Positions 1 through 10,547 are shown, numbered from the stretch's first letter. The stretch: DNA of 64,000 nt from Myxococcota bacterium (GCA_036337435.1 JAYZEG010000058.1:160001-224000), one strand, 5' to 3'. Program-made: numbers and translations. Notes: generated by a model from the sequence alone, not told the origin.

Positions 1-635
1 TTCTGGGAGCTGGTATCGCGGGCATGCTGGTCATTGGTTTAGCCAAAGACAGCGCATCTTATAGACTCAATTCGATTTTGCTGGCTGGTGTCGCCGTGGG
101 TCTCATTTTTTCAGCACTGCTTTCGCTGGTCTTGGTCTTCGCCGAACGGCAAGCCGGCGATATGTTGTCTTGGTTACTAGGCCATGTAGGCCACACAAAT
201 TGGACACAATTGTCCGTCATGGCGTCCCTGACCTTAATGGGCACAATCGCGATTCAATCCAATGCCAATGCCCTGGATGTTGCCTTGCTCGGTGAAGGCG
301 CAGCGCAAGGTATCGGTGTTCAATTCTCAAAATTAAAAATAACCGTTCTACTCGCCACATTCATTCTGGTATCGAGCGCGGTTGCCTATTGTGGAATTAT
401 TGGTTTTGTGGGGCTGGTCGTGCCTCACACCGTGCGTCTCTTGGCGGGACCATCACATAAATATCTCATTGGCCTTTCAGCCATTGGCGGTGCTATTTTG
501 TTGGTCGCAGCAGATCTAATTGCCCGTCTAATCCTTCCAGAGCGCGAATTGCCCGTCGGCGTAATTACAGCCTTGATTGGAGGACCTTTCTTCCTATTCC
601 TCCTAAGAAAGGATAACCAATATGCTAGTCGTTGA
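1..635 (+). CDS. FecCD/BtuC-family iron/cobalamin ABC transporter permease (5'-truncated by window edge)
   Basis: Frame is open from position 3; hydrophobic; motifs 'LLGEGAAQGIGV', 'GIIGFVGLVVPH' and 'ELPVGVITALIGGPFF' are typical of FecCD/BtuC. Confidence 0.92.
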   Translation, partial: LGAGIAGMLVIGLAKDSASYRLNSILLAGVAVGLIFSALLSLVLVFAERQAGDMLSWLLGHVGHTNWTQLSVMASLTLMGTIAIQSNANALDVALLGEGAAQGIGVQFSKLKITVLLATFILVSSAVAYCGIIGFVGLVVPHTVRLLAGPSHKYLIGLSAIGGAILLVAADLIARLILPERELPVGVITALIGGPFFLFLLRKDNQYASR

Positions 636-1386
636 CGGGCTTCGAACCCAGTATTGTATCGAGGATCCGCTCAGTTTTACTGTCAACCGCGGTGAGATGG
701 TGGCCATAATTGGCCCGAATGGTGCCGGTAAAACAACGCTGATTAAAGCGATATCTGCCCAAATAAATCTCGAAGCTGGACACGTTTCGATAGCCAACCG
801 ATTCATCAGCGACCTATCATTTCGCGATCGCGGTCAGATTTTGGCGTTAGTCAATCAGTATGAGTCCAAACCCCAGGGCTTCACTTTAAGACAATTCGTC
901 GAGATGGGTCGATATGCACACCGTCCAGCCTGGGGTCCACTTTCGGAAAAAGACCGGCACATGGTCGAACTCAGTTTGAGACGCGCTCATGTCTGGCAAT
1001 TGAGCACAAGCCTGATTACGGCTGTGAGTGGTGGAGAATACCAACGCGCTCGGATCGCACGTGCTCTGGCACAAGAGCCACAGCTTCTGATTTTAGACGA
1101 ACCGATGGCGCACTTGGATATTGCGCATCGGCACCAAGTTGCCAAATTGCTCAGACAGCTCAATCGAGACGAGGAACTGACGGTGATCGCTGCTGTGCAT
1201 GATCTCAATCTAGCCGCCTCATATTTCGACCGAGTGATCATGCTGTGTGATGGAACCATATCGGCCGAGGGCACAATCGAGGATGTGATGACAAGCGAAC
1301 GATTGAGCCAAACCTTTGGAGTCCCACTCACTCATGTGGTCCATCCTACGTCAGGTCGCCCCCAGTTTTTGGGTGTAGATTTATGA
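622..1386 (+). CDS. FecE/BtuD/HmuV-type ABC transporter ATP-binding protein
   Basis: Walker A GPNGAGKT, signature VSGGEYQR, Walker B LILDEP, H-loop VHDLNLA; overlaps the permease. Confidence 0.93.
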   Translation: MLVVDGLRTQYCIEDPLSFTVNRGEMVAIIGPNGAGKTTLIKAISAQINLEAGHVSIANRFISDLSFRDRGQILALVNQYESKPQGFTLRQFVEMGRYAHRPAWGPLSEKDRHMVELSLRRAHVWQLSTSLITAVSGGEYQRARIARALAQEPQLLILDEPMAHLDIAHRHQVAKLLRQLNRDEELTVIAAVHDLNLAASYFDRVIMLCDGTISAEGTIEDVMTSERLSQTFGVPLTHVVHPTSGRPQFLGVDL

Positions 1387-2459
1387 ATCGTTGGTGGCGG
1401 CACATCGGATGGAGTGCGATTTTAATCATCGGTCTAAATGCCTGTGGTTTTCAGTCAAGCGAAGCACCTGAGCCCCCGAATTCCGGACTGGATTTCCCAC
1501 AGGATGTTTTGTTCGTAGACGATCTCTTGGTCGTTGCCAGCACCGGCTATGATGCCTCGGACTGGCGGATGGGACGCATCGATGTCTACCGGATGCCCTC
1601 GTTAGAGCATGTGGGCCAACACACCGTATCTAAATTCAATCCACAGCACTTGTATGAGGATGGAGATGACATCCTCATAGTTAACACAGGAACCTATGAT
1701 TTCTCTGATTTTGATGACCCTAAAGCGGCGACACCGGGGAGCGTAGACCGAATTGAAAAAAGCGATCTCATAGGCATTGGCCAGGCCAAATTGCTCTACT
1801 CATTCGACCAAGAAAATTTTCCTGCGCCCATTGATTTAATTCGACTTAATGAGACTCAATTAGGGATTACTTCAGGTCTGAAACCCATCTTTGGAGTATT
1901 GGACGAGACATTGACAATCCAAGCGATGGCGTCCCTGAATTCAACCGCCTTGGGGCGCTTTGCGCAGTGGAACGAATTGACATTTATCGTCGACTTCAAT
2001 TCCGATACTGCCCACGTTTATGATTCTGAGAACAGAGCACTTTGCGAAATAGAACTGGGCGAGTTTCCTGATGAAATGGAAGGGGCGACAACGCCTGTCA
2101 TCTTTGAGGATGCTCTCTATTACATCCTCGCACTATCTGGGACTGTAAGGCGAATTTCTCTGAGCGAAAGCGCACCGTGTTCTGGCACAGCAAAAACAAT
2201 TATCGCGCCTTTAGGACAAGTACCGAATGATCTGCATGTGAGGTCAGACGGCATCTTCGTTGTCCATTCAGCGGACAATAACTTAATTCAATATGACCCG
2301 CTGAGCGGCGATGAAATTGAACGTTATCCAATGCCCCTGGGAAGTAACCCATGGGCAGCCGCTTTCAGTCACGATGGACGTTACATCGCTGTCACCGAGT
2401 GGGCTCGTCACCAAATTACCCTCATCGATCGGTCAACAGGACAGCTCAGTCGGCTCTAG
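1383..2459 (+). CDS. YncE-like beta-propeller lipoprotein
   Basis: Lipobox GLNAC; propeller-type repeats (NPQHL, VPNDL, NPWAAAFSHDGRYIAVT); ATGA-coupled to the ATPase. Confidence 0.65.
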   Translation: MNRWWRHIGWSAILIIGLNACGFQSSEAPEPPNSGLDFPQDVLFVDDLLVVASTGYDASDWRMGRIDVYRMPSLEHVGQHTVSKFNPQHLYEDGDDILIVNTGTYDFSDFDDPKAATPGSVDRIEKSDLIGIGQAKLLYSFDQENFPAPIDLIRLNETQLGITSGLKPIFGVLDETLTIQAMASLNSTALGRFAQWNELTFIVDFNSDTAHVYDSENRALCEIELGEFPDEMEGATTPVIFEDALYYILALSGTVRRISLSESAPCSGTAKTIIAPLGQVPNDLHVRSDGIFVVHSADNNLIQYDPLSGDEIERYPMPLGSNPWAAAFSHDGRYIAVTEWARHQITLIDRSTGQLSRL

Positions 2460-2468
2460 TCCTAGACC

Positions 2469-3860
2469 TCAACCGGTCTTGAGGAACATCACGAGAGCAC
2501 TGCCGATCAGACCCACAATGACAATTGTTCCGATGAAGTATGTCAGTGCCTTATTGCTGCTCCGGTTCGGACCTGTCTTAGATGTGATTGCTTGACCGTA
2601 GTAGCCGGGTCTGGTTGCGTTCTCGTCAACGGTCGCGCCTGGTGCCCTCAGTTGTGGGTGCTCAGACAGGTCGACACTTTCATCCACGGTTTTCGTCTGA
2701 TTTGCCTCCGAGCGAGACACAATGTTTGGACGGCTAGGAGGCAAGCCTGCCCGTTTAATTCGTGGTTCATCAACGGACGGAGCCTCAATCAATGTGGCAT
2801 CGGATGAATCAACTGGTGGTTGGCTGCTGTAGTTAGATAAATCAGAACCGAAAGATGAATGACTGTCTGGTGTAGGGGGTGGACCAGGATGGGTCATCTC
2901 TGACACCATGTTGACGGGCCGAGGCGGAGGCGGCGGGTGGCCTTTCGTCCTTGTCGATATGCTCTCATCAGCATTTTGTTTAGCACTTGGGGAAAATGAG
3001 AGAGAACGGAGTGCTTCGGCCATCTGTTGAGCACTTGAATAACGGTCTTCAGGTTTCTTCTCCAAGACCTTAAAGATCACATCCTGAAACTGTTGATGAA
3101 GATCTTTTCTGCGTTCGATGAGAGGCGGAGGTGGCTCCTTTATATGCTTTAAGACCAGCGAAAAGGGTGTACCCCCTCGAAAAGGTTGTTCCCCCGTCAG
3201 CATTTCATAAGCGACAATCCCGAGGGAATATAAGTCCGTCTCAGGACTCGGTGGCTGACCTTGAGCATGTTCTGGTGCCATATAGTCCGGCGTGCCAAAT
3301 ACGATGCCTGTCTTTGTCAACGTGTCATTGTCACTCTCTTTGACGATGCCAAAATCCATAATGCTGGTATGACCATCGGGTGCGATCATGATGTTGCCCG
3401 GCTTGATGTCACGATGAATCAAGCTGCGTCGGTGAGCGTGGTCTAAACCACTGCAGAGCTGAATCAGAACATCTCGAACTTCTTCAATGCCAAATGGGTC
3501 AGCCAAACCAAGGCGATGTCTTTTGAGTCTTTCCGAGACCGTCCATCCAGTGAGAAATTTCATCACAAAATAATGAACGCCATACTCGTGTCCAATGGCA
3601 TAAACTGGAACAATATTTGGATGGTCAAGACTGGCCATTGCTCGAGCTTCTCGTCTAAATCGCTCGACGGATTCGTTGTCACTATTGTACCGTTTAAAGA
3701 GCACCTTTATAGCAACTGGACGACCGAGCGATTGGTCGATACCTCGGTAAACAATCCCCATTCCACCACGGGCAACCTCACTGAGGATTTCATATTTACC
3801 TTCGAGTGTTACACCGACCAGCTCGATAGGATTCGCCCCCGATTTCTGATCGATAGTCAC
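2469..3860 (-). CDS. Hanks-type Ser/Thr protein kinase with Pro-rich linker and C-terminal TM helix
   Basis: ARGGMG, VAIK, HRDIKPGN, DFG, GTPDYMAPE. Confidence 0.95.
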   Translation of the reverse strand: MTIDQKSGANPIELVGVTLEGKYEILSEVARGGMGIVYRGIDQSLGRPVAIKVLFKRYNSDNESVERFRREARAMASLDHPNIVPVYAIGHEYGVHYFVMKFLTGWTVSERLKRHRLGLADPFGIEEVRDVLIQLCSGLDHAHRRSLIHRDIKPGNIMIAPDGHTSIMDFGIVKESDNDTLTKTGIVFGTPDYMAPEHAQGQPPSPETDLYSLGIVAYEMLTGEQPFRGGTPFSLVLKHIKEPPPPLIERRKDLHQQFQDVIFKVLEKKPEDRYSSAQQMAEALRSLSFSPSAKQNADESISTRTKGHPPPPPRPVNMVSEMTHPGPPPTPDSHSSFGSDLSNYSSQPPVDSSDATLIEAPSVDEPRIKRAGLPPSRPNIVSRSEANQTKTVDESVDLSEHPQLRAPGATVDENATRPGYYGQAITSKTGPNRSSNKALTYFIGTIVIVGLIGSALVMFLKTG

Positions 3861-4064
3861 GGCCGTTACCTCCCCAAAAGCTAATCAACCCAAGGTCTTA
3901 ATCTATAAAACCAAGCCTGCCCCAACTCGGTTATACTCATCGACCATCAGGTCACGCAAGAGTTGATGGGATTAGAGTCACCTTGACGGCGTAATCACAA
4001 ACATTTCTATGGAAGATCGCACGGTTTGATTGACAAGCCGCAGAGAGCATTGGATTTTCTAAGC

Positions 4065-4400
4065 ATGCAACTCTTAGTGACCATCATCAAAGATTATAAA
4101 AAGGTCGAGGACTTGCTACTGGCGTTTGTTGGTATTGAGATCACAGGATCGACGATTCTCGAAGGTAAGGGTATGGGTCAGCTGCTGGGTGACGTGCCTA
4201 TTATGGCTGATCTGCGTGGTCTATTCCCAGGGTCAGGACTTGATTCCTACCTGGTCCTGACGGTCCTGGATTCATCGAAGTTAACGCCAGCCCTAGACTT
4301 GGTGGAAAAGATCTGTGGCAAAATGGAAAACCCCAGTGAGGGTATCGCTTTTTCTGTGCCCATCGGCCAGGTCCGCGGCATTAAAGGTGGATTAATCTAG
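4065..4400 (+). CDS. non-canonical P-II-like signal transduction protein
   Basis: 'GITG.TI.EG.GMG'-like N-terminus and 'GIAFSVPIGQVRG' C-terminus; start set at ATG 4065. Confidence 0.75.
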   Translation: MQLLVTIIKDYKKVEDLLLAFVGIEITGSTILEGKGMGQLLGDVPIMADLRGLFPGSGLDSYLVLTVLDSSKLTPALDLVEKICGKMENPSEGIAFSVPIGQVRGIKGGLI

Positions 4401-4482
4401 TCTTCGTCCTTGAACGATGCGTTCGCTTTCACTAAATACGTGACGGTGGATCATTCGTCGCTCCAAATGAGGAGACCAAATA

Positions 4483-5688
4483 TTGAAACTGAGCTTTTAC
4501 ATTTTTCTGATTCTAGCAGCCCTCGGTGCCTATATGGCAGATATACTCATCGATCTGCACATCAGTGTAAATTACGCGGGTGGGGGCGATGACGCCACCT
4601 GTGCGGCAGGGTCTAATTTTTCATGCGCTGAGGTTTTAAAAAGTAGCCTTGCTTCTGTTTTCGGGATTCCCATTGCAGTTTATGGACTGGCTTTCTACGC
4701 CGTCACCGCAATTCTGGTCTGCATTCGTCGGTTTAAGGAAAACTTATTACCAGGACTACCAGACGTTTTCTTCGCCGGTGGATTGATCATTACAGTCTAT
4801 TCAATCTTCTTGCTGATTGGCAGCAAGGTGGTCGTCGGAAAATTCTGCATCCGGTGCATGGGCCTCTACGGGGTAAATATCGCCCTTTTCGCCACCGCAT
4901 GGGTGTCACATCCGGATGGAGGACGTGCGGCGTTAGGACGCGTGGCAAAAGTTGTCACATTGCCTGGCTTTTGGGCCACCGTCTTACTGCTTTCCATCGC
5001 CACCCCATCGACTCAATATCGATATTCACAAGCTGCAGATGCAGCCATCAAAGACCAAATTGAAAAGAAACGGATCGAAATTCAGAACACGGCCGACAAC
5101 ATTACTGTTGACCCTGGAAAGAGTCCGATGCGCGGATCGGAAAACGCACCTGTAACTATCATCGAATGGGCCGATTTCCAATGTGGATACTGCCAACAGA
5201 TGGCCTTCAGCCTGAAGGCCGCCTTATCTAAGGCACCGACAGCATTTAAATATCATTTTAAGAATTATCCGCTGACAAATTGCAGCAGCAATGAGGGAAA
5301 TGTTCACCGGTCATGTGCAGCAGCAATCGCTTTTGAGTGTGCAAAAGATCAAGGCAAAGCATGGGACATGCATGACATGCTATTCACCAATAATCATGCA
5401 CTCGGCGATGACCAGTTATATCAGTACGCGAATATGTTGGGTCTTGATGTGGAAACATTTCGCTCGTGTTTGAAGGATCCCAAAGCACATGAGCGCCTAA
5501 AAGCGGATGTCGAACAAGGCATGAAGCTCAAAATCGAAAGTACACCAACCTGGTACATCAATGGGTCTAGACAGGTCGGACCCGTCACACCAAACGTCAT
5601 CTTGAGCATGGTTCAAACCGCGCGCGAGACCGCTAAAAAACCGTCATCCAAAGACCAATCAACGCCGTCAAAAACCCCAGCTAAATAA
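4483..5688 (+). CDS. VKOR-DsbA/thioredoxin fusion (disulfide-bond formation)
   Basis: VKOR loop C..C ('CAAGSNFSCAEVLKS') and CIRC active site; thioredoxin-like domain 'EWADFQCGYC' with cis-Pro 'STPT'. Confidence 0.9.
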   Translation: MKLSFYIFLILAALGAYMADILIDLHISVNYAGGGDDATCAAGSNFSCAEVLKSSLASVFGIPIAVYGLAFYAVTAILVCIRRFKENLLPGLPDVFFAGGLIITVYSIFLLIGSKVVVGKFCIRCMGLYGVNIALFATAWVSHPDGGRAALGRVAKVVTLPGFWATVLLLSIATPSTQYRYSQAADAAIKDQIEKKRIEIQNTADNITVDPGKSPMRGSENAPVTIIEWADFQCGYCQQMAFSLKAALSKAPTAFKYHFKNYPLTNCSSNEGNVHRSCAAAIAFECAKDQGKAWDMHDMLFTNNHALGDDQLYQYANMLGLDVETFRSCLKDPKAHERLKADVEQGMKLKIESTPTWYINGSRQVGPVTPNVILSMVQTARETAKKPSSKDQSTPSKTPAK

Positions 5689-5690
5689 CC

Positions 5691-6539
5691 GTGACCAACC
5701 AATCGAACTCGTTGTTAGACAGTCTGAATCAAAAGACCGTGGGCATCGTTCTTTCAAGTGCATATTTTGGTTTCTATGCCCATACGGGCTTTATGAAAGC
5801 AATTAAAGAGACTGGACTCAAAATCGGTGCGTACTCAGGCAGTTCGTCAGGTTCATTGATCGCCGCTTTATCTGCTTGTGAAACGTTGGACCAAATCACA
5901 CCAAGTTTACTTCAGTTGCGGCGCCGTGATTTCTGGGATCCGTCTGTTCAAGTAGGACGACCCTGGGGGCTCCTGAAAGGGCGGAAACTTCAAGGACTCA
6001 TCGAGCAGTATCTGCCAGTGGATACATTTGAAGACTGCACGACCCCCCTGGTCACCGTCTGTACAAATTTGGAGACGGGCCGTCGACACGTCGACGACCA
6101 TGGGCCCTTGGCTCCGGCCATTGCATCAAGCTGCGCTCTCCCCTTTCTATTCCAACCGATTTCAAGGCGTGGCGTTCGATTCTCCGATGGCGGAATTATC
6201 GACAAAGCACCCATCGAAGCATTGATTAGACATCATAAACTGGATGCTTTGGTGGTGCACATCATCCATTCGAAGAGCATTGGCAAAAAAGCACCATCGG
6301 CACCAAGACGGTTTTTGAATTGGTCATTAGACCAGTGTCGTCAAAGTGCTTGGCAATCACAAGCTTTGCTTGCGGAGGCAATGGGTGTTGAGACCTACAT
6401 TGTCGAATCTGAGCCCGCATCCATCGGTCCATTCACCATGGGGCGTGGTCAACAAATATTGCAGCGCCAAACCATCCAAGTTCAAGACCAGCTCAAACAG
6501 CCCAGTCACCTTTTTCGAGCCAGTTATCTCCTCAGTTGA
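5691..6539 (+). CDS. patatin-like phospholipase
   Basis: LSSAYFGFYAH loop, GSSSG nucleophile elbow, DGG. Confidence 0.9.
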   Translation: MTNQSNSLLDSLNQKTVGIVLSSAYFGFYAHTGFMKAIKETGLKIGAYSGSSSGSLIAALSACETLDQITPSLLQLRRRDFWDPSVQVGRPWGLLKGRKLQGLIEQYLPVDTFEDCTTPLVTVCTNLETGRRHVDDHGPLAPAIASSCALPFLFQPISRRGVRFSDGGIIDKAPIEALIRHHKLDALVVHIIHSKSIGKKAPSAPRRFLNWSLDQCRQSAWQSQALLAEAMGVETYIVESEPASIGPFTMGRGQQILQRQTIQVQDQLKQPSHLFRASYLLS

Positions 6540-6548
6540 AGGCATCCA

Positions 6549-7766
6549 TCAATATCGGCTAATGACGAGACCTGATCGAAGTTTAGGCTCAAACCAGGTC
6601 GATTTTGGTGGCATCACTTGTCCGGCATCAGCGATATCCATCAGTTCAGCCAAGCTCGTCGGAAACAGGGAAAAGGCGACGCCTTCGCTGGAAGATGCTT
6701 TCTTTTCTAGCTCTGCCAATCCACGTATGCCACCGACAAAAACGATGCCGTTATCTGTTCTTGGGTCTGCAATGCCCAACATGGGTTCCAAAACCAGGTT
6801 TTGCAAAACGCTGACATCTAACCTTTCGACGGGATCCGATGGGTCAGGTTTTGACGTGTCTTTTAGGTCGAGTCGGTACCACTGACCCGACAAAAACATG
6901 CTGAATTGCTGACGACTCGACGGGGCAAGTGCCCGGTCTAATTTAGACACCTCAAAGTGATGTTCTAACTTCGCCAGCAAGACGTCGACAGAGTGACCGC
7001 CCGTGTGCAGGACAACGCGATTATACGGCAGAATTTTAAGTTCACTATCTGGAAAGGCCACAGCTAAAAAACGGGCCTTTGCATGGTTCTTGTCGAGACC
7101 TTTTCCAATTCTGGACGCGGCCGCCGCCCGATGATGACCGTCGGCGATATATAAGGCGTCAAGTTTTGAAAAGTTTTCATTGATCAAAGCAACGCTCGCG
7201 ACATCCGATATTGGCCAGACTTGATGTCGGATTCCATCGACCGCCACGAAATCAACTTCGGGGTCGTTCTGGGTAACTTTGGCAATGGTCTGATCGATTT
7301 CTTCCTGCGCACGGTACGCAAGAAACACCGGCCCTAAATGAGCTCGAACGGCATCGATATGACGCATCCGATCGTCTTCCTTCGTCGGTCTTGTGAACTC
7401 ATGCTTTTTAATTCGATCGGCCCAATAATCATCCGCAGTGACCAGTCCGACCAAGCCTGTCTGAACGTGATCTCCCATATGCTGCGCATAGGCATAATAG
7501 TTTGGCTGCTCATCTTCCACCAATACGCCCTGAGAGATTAATCGGTCAAATGCCGCACATGCGCCTTGATAACTCGCTTCTCCATAGAGAGACGAGCCGT
7601 CTGGCAAGTCCACATCCGGTCGAGTCACCCTCAGAAGACTATTGGGGGCATCTTTGACCAGTGCACGTGCTTCTTCTGTGTCCACAACGTCATATGGAAC
7701 AGCTGCAACCTCCTGTGCTAACTCTGTACGGGGTCGCCAAGCCTTAAATGCAATAAAATCTACCAT
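6549..7766 (-). CDS. DUF1015 family protein
   Basis: PYDVV, IKKHEFTR, YIADGHHR, MPPKSTWFEPKLRSG; start set at MVDFIAF. Confidence 0.92.
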   Translation of the reverse strand: MVDFIAFKAWRPRTELAQEVAAVPYDVVDTEEARALVKDAPNSLLRVTRPDVDLPDGSSLYGEASYQGACAAFDRLISQGVLVEDEQPNYYAYAQHMGDHVQTGLVGLVTADDYWADRIKKHEFTRPTKEDDRMRHIDAVRAHLGPVFLAYRAQEEIDQTIAKVTQNDPEVDFVAVDGIRHQVWPISDVASVALINENFSKLDALYIADGHHRAAAASRIGKGLDKNHAKARFLAVAFPDSELKILPYNRVVLHTGGHSVDVLLAKLEHHFEVSKLDRALAPSSRQQFSMFLSGQWYRLDLKDTSKPDPSDPVERLDVSVLQNLVLEPMLGIADPRTDNGIVFVGGIRGLAELEKKASSSEGVAFSLFPTSLAELMDIADAGQVMPPKSTWFEPKLRSGLVISRY

Positions 7767-7779
7767 TCTAAATCCTCGC

Positions 7780-9516
7780 TCAGTCCAAATGAAGTTGTGC
7801 CATTGTCGTCGAGACAAATTGCGCTAAGTGGTCGATGGCACGTCGTCTTACATCGTCGATAGATTCGCCATCCAAAACGGGTTCACAAATTTCAAAATAG
7901 AATTTGATCTTCGGTTCTGTCCCAGACGGACGAACCATTAATCGAGATCCATTTGTCATGTGAAAGCCGAGTACATTGCTCTTCGGCAGATCGATGTTCG
8001 TTTGCTCACCAGACTCAAGAATTTTGGTCTCAGAGATGAGATAATCTTTGATCTCGCTAACATTGCACCCGTCTAGTTCCGTGGGTGGATTTGACCTTAA
8101 TTTATCCATCATTTTGGCCATAATTACCTGGCCTGATTGCCCTGGAAATTTAAAGCTTCGTTGCGTGGTCTCATACAACCCGTGCGTCCGATAGAGTTGA
8201 TTTAAACGGCTTTCTAATGAGTGTCCTTGCGCCATTGACCTCGATGCTAAATCAGCAAAAATCAGGGCCGCTGATACGCCGTCTTTATCTCGAACGATGG
8301 GACCAACAGAATATCCAATCGCCTCTTCAAACCCGACGACGAATGAACCTCCTCGGCTTTGCTGCTTCATCCCCTCATGGGCGAGCCATTTAAAACCCGT
8401 CAGGGTCTCGACGCATCGTGCACCATATTCAGCGGCCACTTTTTGTAACATCGATGTCGACACAATGGTGGTCACAACGAGCGTTTCACCGGGGTATTGT
8501 CCATATTTCAGTAATTCATCAGCCAACAAAATGCCGATTTCATTTCCCGTCAATAAGCGATATCCGCCTGCGATAGGAATGGCGACGCAGAGACGATCTG
8601 CATCAGGATCATTTGCAAACACCACATCCGCATCGATGTCATGAGCAAGCTGTAAGGACAGATCCATCGCACCCGGTTCTTCAGGGTTGGGAAAAGCCAC
8701 GGTTGGAAAATCTGGATCTGGGTCGGCTTGCGCACCGACAATGTTGATGTTCTTGTACCCGTTCTCACGTAGAACGCGCTCAACGCTCAATCGACCGACG
8801 CCATGCATTGCAGAGTAGACAATCTTAAGGTCCGTAGGCCCGTCATACACTCTAAGCTGACTCACTGCATCGTAATATCGGTTCTGCGTCTCTTGCGAGA
8901 TAGGGATCAGACGGCCCTGATCACGGGCTGTTTGCAGGTCACCGAGGGGGACATGACTGGTATCCGAAATCATGTCGACTCGCTTAGAAATCCCTGTGTC
9001 GTGGGGGGGTATAATTTGTGCTCCATCGGCCCAATACACTTTATAACCATTATCCTGGGGCGGATTATGGCTGGCTGTGACCATAATCCCGATGGACGCT
9101 TTAACTTCCAGGAGCGCATGGGCCAGTCGGGGGGTTGGCACAACATCGTCGAATACATGGACCGTGAAGCCTTCAGCAAGCAGAACACGTGCTGCATAAT
9201 CAGCAAACTTGCGGGAGCCATAGCGACCATCAAAACCGATGATAGCAACATAGCCTGTGTCACTTTTGATGGTCGCCTTCGTATACGCAGCAAGGGCCGA
9301 TGTAACTCTAATGACCGTCGCTGAATTCATCCGATTCGGACCCGGTCCAAGTGCGCCCCTCAAACCAGCGGTTCCGAAGGAGAGGCTGCGCCCAAAATGA
9401 CTCATGAGTGCCTCTTCATCATTGGCATCGATGAGTGCCTGCCCCTCTGCTTTTGAATCGATATCTGGATCTTGGTCAACCCAATCCTGAGCGACTTTAT
9501 GGATGTTTTGATTCAC
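7780..9516 (-). CDS. phosphomannomutase/phosphoglucomutase (alpha-D-phosphohexomutase)
   Basis: FGTAGLRG, TASHNP, DPDADR, FEEAIG, RPSGTEPKIK. Confidence 0.95.
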   Translation of the reverse strand: MNQNIHKVAQDWVDQDPDIDSKAEGQALIDANDEEALMSHFGRSLSFGTAGLRGALGPGPNRMNSATVIRVTSALAAYTKATIKSDTGYVAIIGFDGRYGSRKFADYAARVLLAEGFTVHVFDDVVPTPRLAHALLEVKASIGIMVTASHNPPQDNGYKVYWADGAQIIPPHDTGISKRVDMISDTSHVPLGDLQTARDQGRLIPISQETQNRYYDAVSQLRVYDGPTDLKIVYSAMHGVGRLSVERVLRENGYKNINIVGAQADPDPDFPTVAFPNPEEPGAMDLSLQLAHDIDADVVFANDPDADRLCVAIPIAGGYRLLTGNEIGILLADELLKYGQYPGETLVVTTIVSTSMLQKVAAEYGARCVETLTGFKWLAHEGMKQQSRGGSFVVGFEEAIGYSVGPIVRDKDGVSAALIFADLASRSMAQGHSLESRLNQLYRTHGLYETTQRSFKFPGQSGQVIMAKMMDKLRSNPPTELDGCNVSEIKDYLISETKILESGEQTNIDLPKSNVLGFHMTNGSRLMVRPSGTEPKIKFYFEICEPVLDGESIDDVRRRAIDHLAQFVSTTMAQLHLD

Positions 9517-9524
9517 GATAAATC

Positions 9525-10547
9525 CTACCGAAAATAGTGTCTAATGAGTGCGTTTATTTGATCAGCTTGATCGACCATGTCAGTCGCCAAAAACAGCATG
9601 GCTCGAGTCCTGGCAATATTGTGTAACCGGCGCGAGGGATAGCGCTGCGCATCAAACGCAAAATAATCGTCTACCATGACGTCTCGAGCAAAGCGGCACG
9701 CGAGTTCCATTGTAATCGTCCGACCCGCTTGCGGAAGGTAATCAAGTTCGTGGTCGGTAAGCTCAAGACCCTCTGCCGCATATCCCGCCAAGATTGACTC
9801 AAAACGGTCTATCCGAAAGTGCTGTTGCTCATCCTCGCTGCCATCGCGACACCACGACCGAATGGCGTCACCGATGTCCACAAGAACGGTATGGCGATTA
9901 CAGGTATCTAGATCGATCAGCCCAATGGCAGCGTCGCCATCAAACAGGACATTACTAATTTTCGGATCACCATGAACAACGCGTTGGGGCAGGGAATCCG
10001 GCAAGATCAGACTCGGCAGTTGATCAAGAATTTGCTCTACCTCTGGCTTTATCAGATGGAGAGCGGACTCATAGGCAGGTGTTTGTATCGCGTCTTTAAG
10101 ACCAGCTAGGTGCGCTCTCGTGTCATGAAGTGGATGCTGTGATGCAAAGTGGTGATCCAAATCTGCAACGATCTTGTGAAACCGGCCAAGTGCTCGCGCA
10201 CCTTGCTCCGCTTCAACAGCTGACTCAACCTTGGCCTTCGTATAGCCTGGAACCCAGCTCGACATACGCCACCATCGATGATCTTTATCTACGAAAACGG
10301 GTTCATTTGCCGAGGTTCTAATCAGACGGGGCGCGACTAATTTACGGTCATACAAAAAATTCGTCACGGCCTCAAAGTCGCCGATTATTTCGTTGGTGGC
10401 CAACTTCTTGTGTAGCCTTTGTAGCGTAAATTGACCCTCGTCTGAATCGACGAGATAGGTTGAGTGCATCAAGCCGCTTTTAATCTCGGTCACTGTTTTT
10501 AGTCGCCCGATTGGAAACTTTTCAGCGATCTGGTCAATGGCGTTCAT
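9525..10547 (-). CDS. APH/choline-kinase-fold phosphotransferase (N-acetylhexosamine 1-kinase-like)
   Basis: HGDPKISNVLF, IDLDT, DIGDAIRS, LHDT, ELACRF..D...DDYF. Confidence 0.8.
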   Translation of the reverse strand: MNAIDQIAEKFPIGRLKTVTEIKSGLMHSTYLVDSDEGQFTLQRLHKKLATNEIIGDFEAVTNFLYDRKLVAPRLIRTSANEPVFVDKDHRWWRMSSWVPGYTKAKVESAVEAEQGARALGRFHKIVADLDHHFASQHPLHDTRAHLAGLKDAIQTPAYESALHLIKPEVEQILDQLPSLILPDSLPQRVVHGDPKISNVLFDGDAAIGLIDLDTCNRHTVLVDIGDAIRSWCRDGSEDEQQHFRIDRFESILAGYAAEGLELTDHELDYLPQAGRTITMELACRFARDVMVDDYFAFDAQRYPSRRLHNIARTRAMLFLATDMVDQADQINALIRHYFR

